Below, piece after piece: positions 16,518-25,526 of a stretch of DNA of 64,000 nucleotides. Source of the stretch: Deltaproteobacteria bacterium (lineage in GTDB: Bacteria > Myxococcota_A > JAADFL01); NCBI GenBank assembly GCA_013152945.1, contig JAADFL010000212.1, forward strand, positions 7,064-71,063. The letters run 5' to 3'. A program made the position numbers and the translations under genes. Under the pieces are notes generated by a model. It saw only the letters and a list, made by a program, of their open reading frames with translations, was not told the DNA's origin and ran no database searches. Position 1 is the stretch's first letter. The number at the start of each line of letters is the position of its first letter.

Positions 16518-19031
16518 ATGGTTCGTCAATCCCCAGTAGTTCAGGTGTTCATCTTCAGGGAAGGACGATTCTGGGGCACTGAACTTTTTGCGCAACAGCA
16601 AATAATAATGGGAAGGAGCCCCGACGTAGACCTGCAACTCGACGACGATGTCGTTTCGCGAACCCATGCGGCAATGTCACTTGAAGCAGGAAAGATGGTC
16701 TTGGAAGACTTAAGTAGCGCCAATGGTACATTTGTTAACGGAGAGCCGGTGGAGCGTTGTTACCTGACTTCCAGGGACGAGGTTTCCATTGGCTGTTACA
16801 CGTTCAAGTTCAAGGTGCTTGGTAAAAAGAAGAGCAGTGTACAGGCTGATGAAACAAAGCTCATTGACCGGGAAAAGGCATTGAAGAGTATCAAGGATGG
16901 TACGGCTCTTCCCCTGGAAGTTGAGGAAGAACCCGAAACCATGGAAAGCGTAACCGTCCCGGGTACACCGAAAGGTCAGGATAAGCAGCCATCCAGGTCC
17001 AAACAGGAGGCTGGGTCCTTGTCATCCAAGCGCCTGGAACAGATGAAACGTAAAACTTCGGTGTACAAGGGAACTCCCTTTGAAGATGAGGTGCCTCTTC
17101 CTGCCAAAAAACCAAAATCAAGGCCCATTAAACAACTGGCGGATCACAGGCAGGAGATCCTGGCCGCCTTGAGACAGGAAACAGGGGGAGGGGCATTCGA
17201 TCGATCAAAAACCGGGGACCAGTCATTGGTGGAGGAAGAAGTTGTTTCCTCCGAGAGCATGATTGAAGACGATGCCTCTCTTGGTGTTTCTGAAGAGGAA
17301 CTCTATTCCTACTCCGGGGAATCCGGCAGAAAAGCGCTGCCCAAAAAGCGGCCATCTGCTGTTGAAGAGATTCATGCTTTCGGGGAAGGCCATAGAGATT
17401 ACAAAGATGAACCCGAACAACCGTTATCCTCCTTTGATGAATCTCTTGACGGGTTGGATAATCGTGACGCTGCTAGGGAAGCGCCGACTTTTGACCAAGA
17501 CGATGTGGGAAACGATCTTGCAGGCACTTTTGCAGGGGAAGAGGCTGGTGCTCTTGAATCAGCCCCGGAAGAATACAGCGATTATGGTGATGAAGACGAT
17601 GAAGATGAAGAAATGGTTCCTCCCGACTTCGTGGAACCGTTTTCACTATTGAACAACTTGATAAAAGAAAACTTCAAGAGGCCCGTGGTCCAGACCGTCC
17701 CGGAACCGGTTGTCGAGATAATAGGTTACACATCCGATCACAGTGTGGTGAGATTCGATCAAATCCGCAAGGGACAAAAATACAAGTTAGGACCCAGGGG
17801 GTTTGTCCTCAGTCATTTTAAGAATCAAGATACATGTAGAGTCAATTTCACTGATGCGTTTTCCGGGAAACTCCTGGCCAGCGGGAAAGCTCTTTCCCTC
17901 GACCAGCTTAAAAATGAAAGTAACATATCGAAGAAAAAGAAAGACGGAAATATCTACTCGTACAACTTGATGGAAGGAGACTACGCCAACCTGAAGCATG
18001 AAGGCGGAGGCTCCTTCCTGAGATTCGTCAAGCCGCCTAAATTGCCGCCTGCAAGGACGTCATTCAAGCTGGATACATTGAACATCAAGATATTTGGTTC
18101 CACTTTCATAGCCCATATTATATTTCTTGGTATACTAGGGTTGTTTTCGAGATCAGTGACTGCCGGTAATGATGTAGACTTGGATCGATTTGCCAAGGTG
18201 GCGGTAAAGTACGTCGAGATGGAAAAACCGGAAGAGGAGGCGGAGGTCCCGCTCGATCAACTCCCACAACCGGATAAGAAAGAAGAAATAAAGCAAGACA
18301 AGACCGAAGAGAAGAAGGCTCCTCCAAAGAAAAGACGAAGGAACAGGCGCAGCAAGAGCAGGCGGCGTGGCAGCGGAGGAGGAGGAGGCGGCGGCGGTGG
18401 AGCCGGAATAATGGCGGCCCTTGGCAACCTCTCGCAGAAAAAGGCCGCGACGAACATTGTTGCGGCTGTTTCCAACCTGGATGCAGTCCGTGTCCCAGGC
18501 GCCAGGTCGCGATTCAAGGTATCCGGACTGGTGACCAAGTTGCCGACCTCGAGCGTAGTGGTTTCAAGGGGGCGTGGTGTCGGAGTCAAGGCCGGAATAG
18601 ATCTTCTACGGGGAGGTAAAGGCCGGGGCGGCAGAGCCGGTATCGGCCCAGGTGCTTTAAGAGGCGGAAAGGCGGGCCGGAGATCGGTAGGCGGAGTTGT
18701 ATTCAAGGCGCCCAAGAGGCGAATAAGGGTAAGGGGACATTTGAGTAAGGCTGCAATTGCAAAAGTGGTGAAACAACACCTTAGGGAAATACAGTATTGT
18801 TACGAAAAAGCGTTGCTGATGAATTCGAATTTACAAGGGAAGGTTCAGATGCAATGGACCATTTCTATTTCAGGGTCGGTAACCATTGTCAAGACCAAGC
18901 AAAACACCTTAGCAACGCCTGCTGTTGCAATGTGCATTTCAGCCAAGATCAAGAGGTGGAAATTCCCGAAACCCAGGGGAGGCATAGTAGTGGTCACCTA
19001 TCCCTTTATTTTCAATACGGTGGGCTTCTAA
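16518..19031 (+). CDS. FHA domain / single TM / TonB_C-like (AgmX-PglI type C-terminal domain) protein, GltG/NfsG/PglI-like
   Basis: N-terminal FHA (GRSPDVDLQLDDDVVSRTHAAM...SANGTFVNGEPV). A long acidic linker leads to the TM IFGSTFIAHIIFLGILGLF, then a KE/RR/Gly8-rich spacer. The C-terminus IAKVVKQHLREIQYCYEKALLMNSNLQGKVQMQWTISISGSVT...CISAKIKRWKFPKPRGGIVVVTYPFIF matches my memory of the AgmX/PglI tail. Confidence 0.75.
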   Translation: MVRQSPVVQVFIFREGRFWGTELFAQQQIIMGRSPDVDLQLDDDVVSRTHAAMSLEAGKMVLEDLSSANGTFVNGEPVERCYLTSRDEVSIGCYTFKFKVLGKKKSSVQADETKLIDREKALKSIKDGTALPLEVEEEPETMESVTVPGTPKGQDKQPSRSKQEAGSLSSKRLEQMKRKTSVYKGTPFEDEVPLPAKKPKSRPIKQLADHRQEILAALRQETGGGAFDRSKTGDQSLVEEEVVSSESMIEDDASLGVSEEELYSYSGESGRKALPKKRPSAVEEIHAFGEGHRDYKDEPEQPLSSFDESLDGLDNRDAAREAPTFDQDDVGNDLAGTFAGEEAGALESAPEEYSDYGDEDDEDEEMVPPDFVEPFSLLNNLIKENFKRPVVQTVPEPVVEIIGYTSDHSVVRFDQIRKGQKYKLGPRGFVLSHFKNQDTCRVNFTDAFSGKLLASGKALSLDQLKNESNISKKKKDGNIYSYNLMEGDYANLKHEGGGSFLRFVKPPKLPPARTSFKLDTLNIKIFGSTFIAHIIFLGILGLFSRSVTAGNDVDLDRFAKVAVKYVEMEKPEEEAEVPLDQLPQPDKKEEIKQDKTEEKKAPPKKRRRNRRSKSRRRGSGGGGGGGGGAGIMAALGNLSQKKAATNIVAAVSNLDAVRVPGARSRFKVSGLVTKLPTSSVVVSRGRGVGVKAGIDLLRGGKGRGGRAGIGPGALRGGKAGRRSVGGVVFKAPKRRIRVRGHLSKAAIAKVVKQHLREIQYCYEKALLMNSNLQGKVQMQWTISISGSVTIVKTKQNTLATPAVAMCISAKIKRWKFPKPRGGIVVVTYPFIFNTVGF

Positions 19032-19756
19032 TGGTCTGCGGAGGGACAAATAAATTGGTACATTCCTCTAGAGGTACGGGCGCGTTGAGGTTTTTCATTG
19101 CTCCCATGCTCTTTGTGATGTTGGCATACTGTCCGGTATCACGCGCTGATGAGGATGAACTCGACTACGGCAAGATTTACGCGGTACAGCCGAGGGAATA
19201 CCGAATGAACCACGAGTTCTCGCTTTCATTGGCCTTTTTGCCTCTTGATGCATTCTACAAATACTTTGCCATAGGTGGTGAGTATGTATTGCATATTGAT
19301 GATTTCTGGGCTTGGCAGGTGATCCACTTTTCTTTCAGCCAGTACATGGACGTTGATACCGGGCTCAAAAAGGAATTGCATAAAAAGTGGGATGCCAGTG
19401 CCACCAGTACCCCTAAACTCAAGTATTTTCTGGATACAAGCGTCATGTTGAAACTGCTCTATGGAAAAGCAGCAATAATGAATGATTACGTGGTGCAAGA
19501 TGAGACATACTTACTTCTTGGAGCCGGTGTTCAACATATAGCAATGTTTTGGTTTCCTGCCGTAAATCTTGGCCTCGGCTTGAGAGTGTTCATCACCAAG
19601 ACAATCTCATTGAGAGGTGAAGTCAGGGAATACATCTATTTCGAGGAGGGAGCGCGCAGCAGTGGCGGAGGTGTACACAGCACTCTATATCTAGGGCTGG
19701 CTTTTTCCTACAATGCTTTTGCAGAGGAACCTCACATTGAGGAAAAGGTGAAATGA
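19031..19756 (+). CDS. Outer-membrane beta-barrel candidate, GltA/NfsA-like (paralogue 1)
   Basis: I trimmed it to the ATG at 19031 (TAATG overlap with the upstream stop). 241 aa with a signal-like ALRFFIAPMLFVMLAYCPVSRA, alternating-hydrophobic strands, and the shared motifs LPLDAFYK and KLLYGK with the next gene. Confidence 0.55.
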   Translation: MVCGGTNKLVHSSRGTGALRFFIAPMLFVMLAYCPVSRADEDELDYGKIYAVQPREYRMNHEFSLSLAFLPLDAFYKYFAIGGEYVLHIDDFWAWQVIHFSFSQYMDVDTGLKKELHKKWDASATSTPKLKYFLDTSVMLKLLYGKAAIMNDYVVQDETYLLLGAGVQHIAMFWFPAVNLGLGLRVFITKTISLRGEVREYIYFEEGARSSGGGVHSTLYLGLAFSYNAFAEEPHIEEKVK

Positions 19757-20478
19757 ATATGGTTACCCGCTTGAAATCTTGCGGTCTGTTTACTCTTTTC
19801 AGTTTAGCCTTGCTCATTGGATCAGCGCCCTGCCGGGCTGCCGACTCGAATAAGTCCGGAGACGAAGAAGTCTTTGTTGAGAAAAGTGCATATGGCCCGG
19901 TTCAAAAGAGAGTGTTCGCCCTGAAGCAGGAACTCTCTCTCGGGTGGGCATACCTCCCACTGGATGCTTATTATAAAGGTTATGGGGCGCAGATTGCCTA
20001 TACCGTACACTTTGACAACACTTTTGCTTTGGAATTATTCAGGGTGGGATGGTCTTATAACAAGGATACAAAACTAAAAACACGGCTCATCGAACAAATG
20101 CCTGACGTTTCTCCCACCGAGTTTCCGGCGATAGTCTTTTTTGAAAACACCGATTTGATAATGAAAATTCTCTATGGGAAACAAAGTTTATTAAACAGCT
20201 TTGTGCTCCACTATGAAATTTTTGTTGCGGCAGGAGTGACATTTGAATATTTGAATTCAGACAATATCACTCATGCGAAATCGGATAAGGATTATAATCG
20301 CCAATCGATGTTTCACTTTGGTATCAACGCCGGGATGGGATTCAGACTATGGTTTTCACCCAAGTGGTCTTTTGTGGTCGATCTAAGAGACAACTTGGCT
20401 CTCTTGAGTTTCACCGAAGATGAATTTCCACTGAAAAATGCGGCGATGCTAGGGATTTCTATTGCGGTAAACCTTTGA
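19753..20478 (+). CDS. Outer-membrane beta-barrel candidate, GltB/NfsB-like (paralogue 2)
   Basis: 241 aa with an ATGA overlap with the previous gene. It has the signal peptide LFTLFSLALLIGSAPCRA and the motifs LPLDAYYK and KILYGK shared with paralogue 1. Confidence 0.55.
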   Translation: MNMVTRLKSCGLFTLFSLALLIGSAPCRAADSNKSGDEEVFVEKSAYGPVQKRVFALKQELSLGWAYLPLDAYYKGYGAQIAYTVHFDNTFALELFRVGWSYNKDTKLKTRLIEQMPDVSPTEFPAIVFFENTDLIMKILYGKQSLLNSFVLHYEIFVAAGVTFEYLNSDNITHAKSDKDYNRQSMFHFGINAGMGFRLWFSPKWSFVVDLRDNLALLSFTEDEFPLKNAAMLGISIAVNL

Positions 20479-20494
20479 GATAAAGGGGCTATCA

Positions 20495-22192
20495 ATGCGA
20501 ATAAGATGGCTTTTTTCTGCTTGTATAGCCATGTCGGTATCGGCATTCATACCGGCAGGCAATACCCGGGAATTAAAGTTGACACATCAGACCGTCCAGG
20601 CAGAAAAGAACGGCGAAGACAAGGATAAGAACGGCGGACAGGACAAGGACAAGAATAAGACCGGGGATAAAACCGGGAAGAAGACAGAGAAGAAGACAGA
20701 GAAGAAGACAGAAAAGAAGACAGAAAAGAAGACAGAAAAAGAGAAAAAAGCAGAAGAGGGATTGAGTGAAGAGGAGTTGAAAGAACTCGAGGGCAAGGTG
20801 GCAAAAGAGGAAAAGAAAGTAGGCCCGGAGGTTTTCGACCAGGGAGTAAAGCTCTACTATGAGAAGAACTATGTCATGTCATGTAAGAAATTATGGGATT
20901 ACATGGCCGGTAACGAGCCGGGTGCGGAAAAATACGGCTATGCTGAGTTCTTTATCGCTAAATCATTGGAAGGTCTTGGCTTTACCCATGCGGCTATGGA
21001 GTATTACTACAATGTCGCCAAGAACAGGACCAAGCCCGAATTGCTGCCTGATGCGCTTCATGCAATAGAAAAAATAACCAGGAATCACCCATTTGACCAG
21101 GGACTTATCCTGTTGGATCTAATCTATGATACTACGTTTGGATATATCCCAAAGGATCTTTTGAATTTCATTCAGTACTACCAAGGTCTCATGGACTACC
21201 GTAATGGTTTCATACGATGGGGAAAGAATCATTTTGCCAAGATCGAGAAAGATTCGTACTACGAGTACAAGGCTAGATATGTTAAGGCCGTGTACGAATT
21301 GGTAAAGTATAACCTTGAGGATGCAATAAAAATATTCAAGAGTATCTTGGCCTCAAACATCAAGCAGGCCGATGTGATCAATAATACGAGGCAAAGCATC
21401 GCACGAATACTCTTCGAGCAGAAAAAATACAAAGAAGCCTATGACATGTACGAAAAAATAAATTCGCCGATAGAAAAACAGGCGAGTGTTTTCATGGAAG
21501 AAGCATGGACCCAGTATTATCTTAAAAATTATCAACGGGCCATGGGCCTGCTCTATTCTTTGCAAGCTCCATCCTTCAGGCATTATTTGAACCCGGAGCG
21601 TTTTATAGTCAAGGCTTTGATTTACAAGAATCTATGCCATTACAATGCAGCCAAGGATGCTGTGGCGGAATTCCGGGAGAAATACAATGATGCCCTTGAA
21701 TCCATATACAACCGAGTGGGTTTGGAACAGGATCCTACTATCATGGATGGGGCTTTACAGGAACCGGAACTCGTGGAACTCAGCAAATTCAGGAATCTCT
21801 TGGATAACGAAGTATATTTGCTTGGTAATTATATCCTGGATTGGTCCGACAACGGCCTTTTGGATCACTTGGCAAAGATCTATGATCTCAAAATTCGTGA
21901 AGTTGACCGTAAGATCAAACAAAAACTTGACAAGGCAATCAAGGCGTTTGCGGAAAAGCTGCTGGAATACCAGGAACAGATGAATCTCATGGATTACGAA
22001 ATCGGCCTGGCCATATACAAGCGCATCAAGGGCACGCCTACTGAAAACAAGGAGCAAAAGGGAGAGAACGAAATCCCGTTTTATGGGGTCAACGTGTACT
22101 ATCCGTTTGATGGCGAATTCTGGAACGACGAGATGCATGATTTCCGCTTCTTCATTGAGGATCGGTGCTATGGCGAGGAGCGGTGGGAGTAA
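20495..22192 (+). CDS. Secreted helical-repeat (TPR-like) protein with Lys/Glu-rich repeat region, GltC/NfsC-like position
   Basis: 565 aa. It has an N-terminal hydrophobic leader, a (KKTE)5 low-complexity tract, then helical-repeat sequence. The family assignment comes from context only. Confidence 0.5.
   Translation: MRIRWLFSACIAMSVSAFIPAGNTRELKLTHQTVQAEKNGEDKDKNGGQDKDKNKTGDKTGKKTEKKTEKKTEKKTEKKTEKEKKAEEGLSEEELKELEGKVAKEEKKVGPEVFDQGVKLYYEKNYVMSCKKLWDYMAGNEPGAEKYGYAEFFIAKSLEGLGFTHAAMEYYYNVAKNRTKPELLPDALHAIEKITRNHPFDQGLILLDLIYDTTFGYIPKDLLNFIQYYQGLMDYRNGFIRWGKNHFAKIEKDSYYEYKARYVKAVYELVKYNLEDAIKIFKSILASNIKQADVINNTRQSIARILFEQKKYKEAYDMYEKINSPIEKQASVFMEEAWTQYYLKNYQRAMGLLYSLQAPSFRHYLNPERFIVKALIYKNLCHYNAAKDAVAEFREKYNDALESIYNRVGLEQDPTIMDGALQEPELVELSKFRNLLDNEVYLLGNYILDWSDNGLLDHLAKIYDLKIREVDRKIKQKLDKAIKAFAEKLLEYQEQMNLMDYEIGLAIYKRIKGTPTENKEQKGENEIPFYGVNVYYPFDGEFWNDEMHDFRFFIEDRCYGEERWE
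20678..20737 (+). repeat. In-frame 12-bp tandem repeat x5 (aagaagacagag/a) encoding (KKTE)5
   Basis: I read it directly from the sequence. There are five consecutive units at 20678, 20690, 20702, 20714 and 20726, differing only at the third position of the Glu codon. Confidence 0.95.
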
Positions 22193-22211
22193 TATCGTGG
22201 TGGTGAGGAAT

Positions 22212-25200
22212 ATGAGAAGGAGCCTACCTGTCCTATATTTGATTCTGATGATGTTTTCAACGCCGTTCTTGTGCGGTTTTTCATTAACCAAGGATGCCGA
22301 GGAGAAGTCTGAATTCATCGAAAGCCTGATGCAGGACATTGTCAAAGTGGATCACTCGATAGGAGTAACCAAGGAGCTGATCAGGAGATCCAAAAATGCC
22401 TCCTTCCTGCCTGATATCATTTTCAGGTTGGCAGAGCTTTACGTGGAAAAATCCAGATTGGTCTATTACCTGGAAGTAGAAACAAAAGGAGCTGATCAAG
22501 CTGTTTCGTCACCAGAGGCCAAGTTGCTGAAAAATGAGGCTATTACAATTTACCGGGATGTCATGCACAGGTTTCCGGAGTACAGGTACAACGACAAGGT
22601 TCTTTTCTTTATGGCACATGAATTTCACGAATTGGGCATGCATGACGATATGCTGGACGCATATAAAAAGTTGGTGGACGATTATCCGAAGAGCCCGCTG
22701 GTTCTCGAGTCGTTATATATAATCGGAGACTACTATTTCAATCGTGACCAACTGGACGATGCAGAAAAATATTACAAGAAAATTCTCGAGTACAGGGAAT
22801 CTCCGATTCATGACATGGCCAGGTACAAATTGGGTTGGATCTCAATAAACAAAGCACGCACAGACAAGAAGTATTGGCGAATAGCCATCAAGCTTTTCGA
22901 AAGCGTTGTCTTGTCAAAGAACACGACGGACAAGGGTATTAAGGTCGATACCAACAAGATGGTCAATATCAAGCTCGAAGCGCTCAACGGGGTGGTATTT
23001 TGTTATACCGAGGTCTACAAACCGAAAAGGGCATTGGAATATTTCGAAAAGCTGGCCAGTTCGAAGCAACTTTATATGCATGCATTGAGCAAACTTGCGA
23101 ATAGGTATTTCATCAAGGAACAGTTCGACAATGCTGCATTGATCTATAGGCGGATAATAGCTCTTTCCAATGATGTGGAAAAGAATCTTGATTATGCACA
23201 ACGAATTTATGACGCATCCAGTTTCTCGAAAAGAAAAGACAAGGTTGACGAAGACGTGAAGGCCATTGTAAAGGCGGCTGAAAATTATACCTATTCCTGG
23301 CGTATTCCGGAAGAAGAGAAAAAACAACTTGCCAAGGAATTCGAGGTGTACGCAAGGGATATCGTAACCAAGCTCCACATGTTGGCCAAAAAGCGTAATG
23401 AGAAGAGAGCCTTCAGAATAGCGGCGCGGGCTTATAAGGAATACCTGGATTTTTTTGATTATTCCCCCAAGTTCATTGAAATGAAATTTAACTATGCTGA
23501 AGCATTGTTTGATTCAAAGCAATATTTAAAGGCAGGTGAAGCGTACGAGGATGTGGCGCGACTGAAAAAGGAGAGCAAGGAAAGAAAGGACGCGCTTTAT
23601 TCCGCCATCCAATCCTACCAGTACGCCCTGGGTGATTTGAAATACTTGACAAGGTTCGAGGTGGTGCAGGCCCGGCAGGGTTTAAAACAACTTGGTGCAT
23701 ATTTCGTAAAAAAATACCCCAAGGACCCAAAGACCCCGACAATAAAATTCAACGTAGCAAGAATGTATTACGACCAGGGCAAGTATAAACAGGCAATCGA
23801 GTCCTTCCTGGAATTCATTAAGCAATATCCAACAGCAAAAGAAGTGACGATTGCAGGCAACCTCGTGTTGGATTGTTATAAGCAACTGGAGGATTACAAG
23901 GGTTTGGCCAAACAGGCCAAAGCCTTTGCCGCGAATCAAAATATAAAGGATGAAAAGTTCAAACATGATGTATTGGCAATAGCGGACCAGGCAGAGGAAA
24001 GGCAACTCGACAAGGCAAGTCTCCAGGTGGCGGCCGAGGGTGGCAATGCCTTGGAGAAGCTTATTGAAATAGCAGACTCCGGGGACAGCGCGCTTAGTGA
24101 AAAGGCCCTTTATCGTTCCTTTGTTATGGCCAAGGAGAAACGAAACATCCAGATGGCTTTTAAGGCCGGTGCCCAGCTTGCGGCAAAATTCAAAAAGTCG
24201 AAGCACCTGCCTGATGTATACGCGACCTTGGGCAATTTTTCCGCCCAGACCGCGGATTTCGAGAGGTCCGCGTCCTTGTATGAGGATTTTTTCAGCCATT
24301 TTCCAAACATGCCCGAGGCAAGGGAAGCCATGTTCGCAGCGGCAACCTTTCATACTTATCTGGGACAGTATAGAGAAGCAATCAAGGACTATCGAAAGCT
24401 GTTGGAAAAGGAGACCGGGCAGAGAAAGGGTGAAATACTGATTTCCATCACAGAGGCCTATGCGAACATGGAAGACTGGCGAATGGTCATTACCATGGCA
24501 AAAAAGGCCTTGGCAGAGATTTCCGACAGCGTCAAGGCACACCTGCTATTGGCAAAGGCTTTGGAGAAAAGGGGTAAAATAGCAAAGGCCAAGGAAGCAT
24601 ACATGATGGCAGCAAGCGTGGGCGGAGGGTCTCCGCAAGAGACGCATCTCGCAGCAGAAGCTCAATTCAGGCTCGGTGACATCATGTTCAGCGAGTACAA
24701 GGATATCAAGTTCGGTGCCGGAGAAGCTGACGATGTAATCTTTCAGAAAAAGATGCAGAAGTTGGGACAGGTAGAACAATTCTATGCCGGTGTGGTCCAG
24801 ATGAAGGATCCTGAATGGGCAATAGCATCCCTTTACCGGCTGTCCAAGCTCTATGAGGATTTTGCTTCTTTTCTGAAAAAAGCTCCGATTCCCAAGGATC
24901 TGAAAGGAGCGCAAAAAAAACAATACAAGCAGATGCTGGCTAATCAAGTGAAAGAGCAAAGCATGACGGCAAAAACATACTTGAGTACTTGTGTTAAGAC
25001 CGTGCGTCAGAAAAAGGTTTTCGGTCCGTTTGCACTGGCTTGTATCAGGAATGAACCTCCGGTAGAGCAGGTGGTGAGACGAAGATCTGCAGGCCGGGCC
25101 AATGTTTCTCGTGTTACGGACTTCAAAAACAAGCTGCTTAAAAATCCGGCTGACTTGGAGGCCATGGATAAGTTGGCCATGGCTTCAATCGAGAGCGGGG

Positions 25201-25526
25201 ACTACTACATGGCCAAGCTTGTGCTTAGCCGGGCACTGGAGACAAGGGAAAGTCATGCCCCCAGCTTAAACCTCATGGGTGTCGTGTCGCTCTATATGGG
25301 GGATGACCAGGACGGTTATAATTATTTCAAGAAGGCCCTGGAATCAGACGTTCAGTTGTTGCCTGCAAGAATGAATTTAGCGGCCCTGTTCGTGAAATAT
25401 CAAGACCTGACAAGGGCCAGGGCTACTGTCAAGATGATTAGAGCGAGACTGAAGACGGCAGATCTGTCGACACCGGACTTTCATCCAATTGTTAGAGATG
25501 CGGTTGAGACACTGAAGTTGAGGTGA
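22212..25526 (+). CDS. Large secreted TPR-repeat protein, GltD/AgmU/NfsD-like
   Basis: I trimmed it to the ATG at 22212, which follows GGTGAGGAA. About 1104 aa with the signal peptide MRRSLPVLYLILMMFSTPFLCG and many TPR-like helical repeats throughout. Size and position resemble AgmU/NfsD. Confidence 0.6.
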   Translation: MRRSLPVLYLILMMFSTPFLCGFSLTKDAEEKSEFIESLMQDIVKVDHSIGVTKELIRRSKNASFLPDIIFRLAELYVEKSRLVYYLEVETKGADQAVSSPEAKLLKNEAITIYRDVMHRFPEYRYNDKVLFFMAHEFHELGMHDDMLDAYKKLVDDYPKSPLVLESLYIIGDYYFNRDQLDDAEKYYKKILEYRESPIHDMARYKLGWISINKARTDKKYWRIAIKLFESVVLSKNTTDKGIKVDTNKMVNIKLEALNGVVFCYTEVYKPKRALEYFEKLASSKQLYMHALSKLANRYFIKEQFDNAALIYRRIIALSNDVEKNLDYAQRIYDASSFSKRKDKVDEDVKAIVKAAENYTYSWRIPEEEKKQLAKEFEVYARDIVTKLHMLAKKRNEKRAFRIAARAYKEYLDFFDYSPKFIEMKFNYAEALFDSKQYLKAGEAYEDVARLKKESKERKDALYSAIQSYQYALGDLKYLTRFEVVQARQGLKQLGAYFVKKYPKDPKTPTIKFNVARMYYDQGKYKQAIESFLEFIKQYPTAKEVTIAGNLVLDCYKQLEDYKGLAKQAKAFAANQNIKDEKFKHDVLAIADQAEERQLDKASLQVAAEGGNALEKLIEIADSGDSALSEKALYRSFVMAKEKRNIQMAFKAGAQLAAKFKKSKHLPDVYATLGNFSAQTADFERSASLYEDFFSHFPNMPEAREAMFAAATFHTYLGQYREAIKDYRKLLEKETGQRKGEILISITEAYANMEDWRMVITMAKKALAEISDSVKAHLLLAKALEKRGKIAKAKEAYMMAASVGGGSPQETHLAAEAQFRLGDIMFSEYKDIKFGAGEADDVIFQKKMQKLGQVEQFYAGVVQMKDPEWAIASLYRLSKLYEDFASFLKKAPIPKDLKGAQKKQYKQMLANQVKEQSMTAKTYLSTCVKTVRQKKVFGPFALACIRNEPPVEQVVRRRSAGRANVSRVTDFKNKLLKNPADLEAMDKLAMASIESGDYYMAKLVLSRALETRESHAPSLNLMGVVSLYMGDDQDGYNYFKKALESDVQLLPARMNLAALFVKYQDLTRARATVKMIRARLKTADLSTPDFHPIVRDAVETLKLR

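Noticed and set aside
20587-20804. A Lys/Glu/Thr codon repeat region considered as a possible CRISPR-like or regulatory repeat array.
   Set aside because: The 12-bp units are contiguous, with no spacers. They are in frame inside a well-supported CDS and simply encode a (KKTE)n linker.
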